In this document: piece by piece, positions 36,818 to 39,823 of the stretch
How positions within the stretch are numbered: position 1 is the stretch's first letter
How the letters are laid out: every line of letters starts with the position of its first letter
DNA from: a virus
Taxonomy: Duplodnaviria > Caudoviricetes
Reading direction: 5' to 3' (one strand)
Virus record (IMG/VR): IMGVR_UViG_3300035389_000048
Coordinates: 1 to 39,823 of that record
DNA length: 39,823 nt
Made by a program: the position numbers and the translations under genes
The notes under the pieces: model-generated
The model's input: only the letters and a program-made list of their open reading frames with translations
Told to the model about the DNA's origin: nothing
Database searches by the model: none

Positions 36818-37648
36818 CTAAATAATAACTGTTATCACAATAGATATGATTGCTACTCCAACTGTAATAATTGTACCTATTCTACTTTGAGCTTTAATTT
36901 CTTTTATACTTTTGTCTGTTTCTTTATTACTATGGGATTTAATTTCTTTAATACTTTTATCAGTTTCATCTTTCATTGGTTTTATAATATTATTATATAC
37001 ATGAATATAATTATCATTAATTATTTCTATAGAATCTATGTTTTTAGTTAATTCAGTTAACTGGTCTACATATCCACTTAAACATCTATCTTCTTTTGCA
37101 ATTTCCAAAAAATCTTGGACATGTTCCTTTGTCTTTTTTATTTGCTTGCCATTTTTTTCTGGACTAAAACCAAGTACTTCTTCTTTTTCTTCTTGTGCTT
37201 TTTTTCTTTCATATTCAGCTTTTTTTATGCATTCTTCAGCCTCGGTTAATTTATACTTACAACTAACTAATTTTTCTTTCGCTTGTTGAAATTCCCCTTC
37301 TGTCTCAATTAATTTGTTTGAAATCCTTTTCCATTCATATTCAGATTTGCTAATTATATCCATAAAAAAACTTCGATATCTATCAATATCAATTGTTCCA
37401 TTACACCCAATAAAAATATTTTTTTCACTTAATTTTGGACGAATCAAAATATATTTAAGTATTTCTTTTTTAGTTAAAAAATCCAAGTAAATATTAATAC
37501 TGCCTTGGAATTTAATTCCATATTTATTTTCCCAAATCTCTCTGTGGCGACTGTGGATTGTAAAGTCAGTTTTATCATTATTGATTCTTGTATTAAGAAA
37601 AACAAGAAAATTTAATAAATTATTATCTGAAAAAAAACTAAATGCCAT
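36818..37648 (-). CDS. Coiled-coil protein with C-terminal TM anchor (moron)
   Basis: 276 aa; AGGAG RBS; ETDKSIKEIK twice; hydrophobic C-terminus. Confidence 0.7.
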   Translation of the reverse strand: MAFSFFSDNNLLNFLVFLNTRINNDKTDFTIHSRHREIWENKYGIKFQGSINIYLDFLTKKEILKYILIRPKLSEKNIFIGCNGTIDIDRYRSFFMDIISKSEYEWKRISNKLIETEGEFQQAKEKLVSCKYKLTEAEECIKKAEYERKKAQEEKEEVLGFSPEKNGKQIKKTKEHVQDFLEIAKEDRCLSGYVDQLTELTKNIDSIEIINDNYIHVYNNIIKPMKDETDKSIKEIKSHSNKETDKSIKEIKAQSRIGTIITVGVAIISIVITVII

Positions 37649-37715
37649 ATAAAAACTCCTAATTATGTTATTAATTTTTATAATAACACTAACAAATTCA
37701 ATTTACAATGTAAGT

Positions 37716-39539
37716 CTAAATATTTAATAGGCTTGAATGGTCTAATAAATTTGCAACATATTCAACATCAGTATAACTATGAAAAAGATATTTAGATAAT
37801 TCTTGAATTTTAGTTTCAGTAATTTCATTTTCAAGAATATGATTAAGGAGAACTCCTTCATACTCTTCTTTTAAATACAATTCTCCTTCAGCTCTTTCAG
37901 TCTTATTTGATAAGTAATCACAGTTATCATAAAAATCTTTGTACTCACTTGGTTTACCAGTGAGATTTTTTATTGCCATAATATTAACAAGAGCATTCTT
38001 AGATAGAATTAATAGTTCTTGAAACACAATTTCATTAACTCTTCTTAGATTTGTTCTTAACTGGTTCTCTAAAATATCTATCTTAGCTATAGTCTCTGGA
38101 GAATTATTTTTGTTATAGTAAGAAGGATTTTCTGGTAAATCTTTTGAGACTAATTTAATTAAACTTTTACCATAAATCTTTTCTACAGCTACCATAAAAT
38201 TTGCTTTTTCAACTTCTTCCTTAGAGGGTTTCCAAGTTGGTGTTTTGTTAGCTTTTTTTTGAAGTTTAACTTCATTAATTACATCAGTTACATAAATTTT
38301 TTGAATAGAGTTTGCTACCTTTGTTAATTCGTTAACTCCATAACCAGTATAATGTCCTTCTTGAACTGCTGTTAAAGTATTTGTAGCTTCACTCCAACCA
38401 CAAAATAAACGTATAAAACTTTCTTTAAGTTCAGCTCCAGAATATATCAATAGATTTGTATTAAGGCTTTTCCTTAAACCATGAGGAGAAACCTTATATT
38501 CCTTAGTATTAATTTTAATATCAAAAGCTTCTAATATTTCGTCTTTAAATCTTGTCCAAGAAGCTGAATAGTTACCATGTATTGAAAGACCTTTTCTGTT
38601 TTTAAAAACGAAATCTGAAGAACTTTTACCTTCAATATTGTCTATAATCATTTCATAAATTTCATCACAAAGAACAATATCTCTAGCTTTTCCATTTTTT
38701 GGAAGACCAATAATTTTACCAGCAGTATCTTTAAAAGCTCTATTAATATGAACTATACGGTCTTCAATTTGCCCAACCGTTAGAGCTGTAATCTCACTTT
38801 TTCTCATTCCTGTATAAGCTGCAAACTTAAAAGCTTTAAAATAATCTGACTCTAAAAAGTTATCCCATTTCTTTTGAGTTGTGTTTACAGGTTCAATCTT
38901 TTCTAAGAGGTTTAAGTTAAAGAGATAATAAACTTGATAAGGTGAAAATACATATTTTAACTTATCTGTAACATTAAACATCTCAATTTGTGAACTTGTA
39001 AAAGGATTGAACTTGATATATTTATCATTCTTAATTAGATAAGAATAAACAGAAGATAGTGAATAGATAATTGTATTTCTAATATTATTAGTCATTTCAT
39101 AAGTTAGAAGTCGTTCTTTGAACTTTCTTATATCATCTTTGGATATATTAAAATATAAAACTTCTCCAAGAGAATCATTTAGTTCCATAAATATTTTATT
39201 TAAATATCTTATTTTTAAAGATGACGCTCTAAGTTGAAAAGAGTGTTGAGAAAGACCAGATTTAAAATCATTATAGAGTGGATTCTTAGTGTTACTAAAC
39301 CAATTGTTATTGATTAAATATTGTTTCAAGGATAAGTGTCTAATTGAAGCTTCAGCAACTTTTACTTTAATTGGTATCTTAGAAATTATCTCTCTAGCTT
39401 TAATGTCTGCTTCTTTCTTGTTTGTTTGTTCAGTATTGATATAAGACAATTTTCCATTGTCATAAAATCTAACATAATAAGTTTTGGAAATCCAACCAGT
39501 AGATTTGTTCTCTCTCTTTAATATTTTATATTTAATCAT
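37716..39539 (-). CDS. int: Tyrosine integrase with long C-terminal extension
   Basis: YTGMRKSE, PKNGK, HGLRKS, CGWS, GHY; start MIKYK after GAGG (ORF open from 39572). Confidence 0.9.
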   Translation of the reverse strand: MIKYKILKRENKSTGWISKTYYVRFYDNGKLSYINTEQTNKKEADIKAREIISKIPIKVKVAEASIRHLSLKQYLINNNWFSNTKNPLYNDFKSGLSQHSFQLRASSLKIRYLNKIFMELNDSLGEVLYFNISKDDIRKFKERLLTYEMTNNIRNTIIYSLSSVYSYLIKNDKYIKFNPFTSSQIEMFNVTDKLKYVFSPYQVYYLFNLNLLEKIEPVNTTQKKWDNFLESDYFKAFKFAAYTGMRKSEITALTVGQIEDRIVHINRAFKDTAGKIIGLPKNGKARDIVLCDEIYEMIIDNIEGKSSSDFVFKNRKGLSIHGNYSASWTRFKDEILEAFDIKINTKEYKVSPHGLRKSLNTNLLIYSGAELKESFIRLFCGWSEATNTLTAVQEGHYTGYGVNELTKVANSIQKIYVTDVINEVKLQKKANKTPTWKPSKEEVEKANFMVAVEKIYGKSLIKLVSKDLPENPSYYNKNNSPETIAKIDILENQLRTNLRRVNEIVFQELLILSKNALVNIMAIKNLTGKPSEYKDFYDNCDYLSNKTERAEGELYLKEEYEGVLLNHILENEITETKIQELSKYLFHSYTDVEYVANLLDHSSLLNI

Positions 39540-39686
39540 CAGTTTAAACCTCAATAATTTGTAATGTATCATATTGAAAAGAATTTGTAAATGTATAATA
39601 TGTTACAAAAACATTACACAGAAAAAAAATATAAATAATAAATACTTACTATAAAACAATTTAATTTATTAAAATAAAAATACTTG

Positions 39687-39701
39687 TTTCAAAGATTGAA
39701 A
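39687..39701. repeat. attR core TTTCAAAGATTGAAA
   Basis: 14/15 match to 6338-6352; about 150 nt upstream of integrase. Confidence 0.7.
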
Positions 39702-39823
39702 AGTCGATTCTACAAGATGTGAAAAGAAATAGGAATAAAGATTATGTTAAGTCCAAATCTGATGTTCTATGGCGGGTATCTACATTGGTGTAGAAAAGGA
39801 ATAAAAACGTGAGGAAAGAAAAT
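39702..39823 (+). mobile_element. Probable continuation of the group II intron (domain IV start with RBS)
   Basis: Nested stems TTCTACA(39708-14)/TGTAGAA(39789-95) and AGATT/AATCT; window ends GAGGA-AAGAAA-AT. Confidence 0.45.

Larger units (their letters stand above)
6338..39701. mobile_element. Temperate siphovirus prophage, HK97-like head and cos packaging, ~33.3 kb
   Basis: Integrase, terminases, portal, protease, capsid, tail and lysis-like genes between direct-repeat att cores. Confidence 0.9.

Noticed and set aside
5923-39823. Intron splicing or retrotransposing with the whole prophage as domain IV cargo
   Set aside because: 33 kb with several plus-strand or bidirectional terminators makes a continuous precursor implausible

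Overview
AT-rich bacterial chromosome, probably a spirochaete (inferred from MiaB motifs and a spirochaetal-type lipobox; not certain). Positions 1-5.3 kb hold host genes: the miaB 3' end, a sirtuin, a lipoprotein and a YesN/YesM-like two-component pair. At 5923-6337 lies the 5' half (domains I-III) of a class C group II intron, directly behind a rho-independent terminator. About 13 nt past domain III the intron is interrupted by an apparently complete ~33.3 kb temperate HK97-like siphovirus prophage (attL 6338-6352, attR 39687-39701, tyrosine integrase at the right end). Joining the flanks restores a perfect 8-bp hairpin and a structured, RBS-bearing segment that could be intron domain IV, so the phage appears to use a group II intron as its attB. 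The prophage has no recognisable repressor, replication protein or endolysin. It does carry two sigma-factor-like ORFs (one probably ATT-initiated), two promoter-like motifs (ACACTTGTTA x7, six of them at fixed spacing before late genes; a bipartite GTTC-N18-CAAGTTAAT x2), a -1 frameshifted tail chaperone, a portal fused to a Mu-gpF-like domain, a T4-gp21-type protease, an origin-like region with GCGAAGC mini-hairpins, a candidate type I toxin-antitoxin locus, and morons (DUF285 repeat proteins, an AbiTii-like protein). All family calls are from motif recognition by eye, not database searches.
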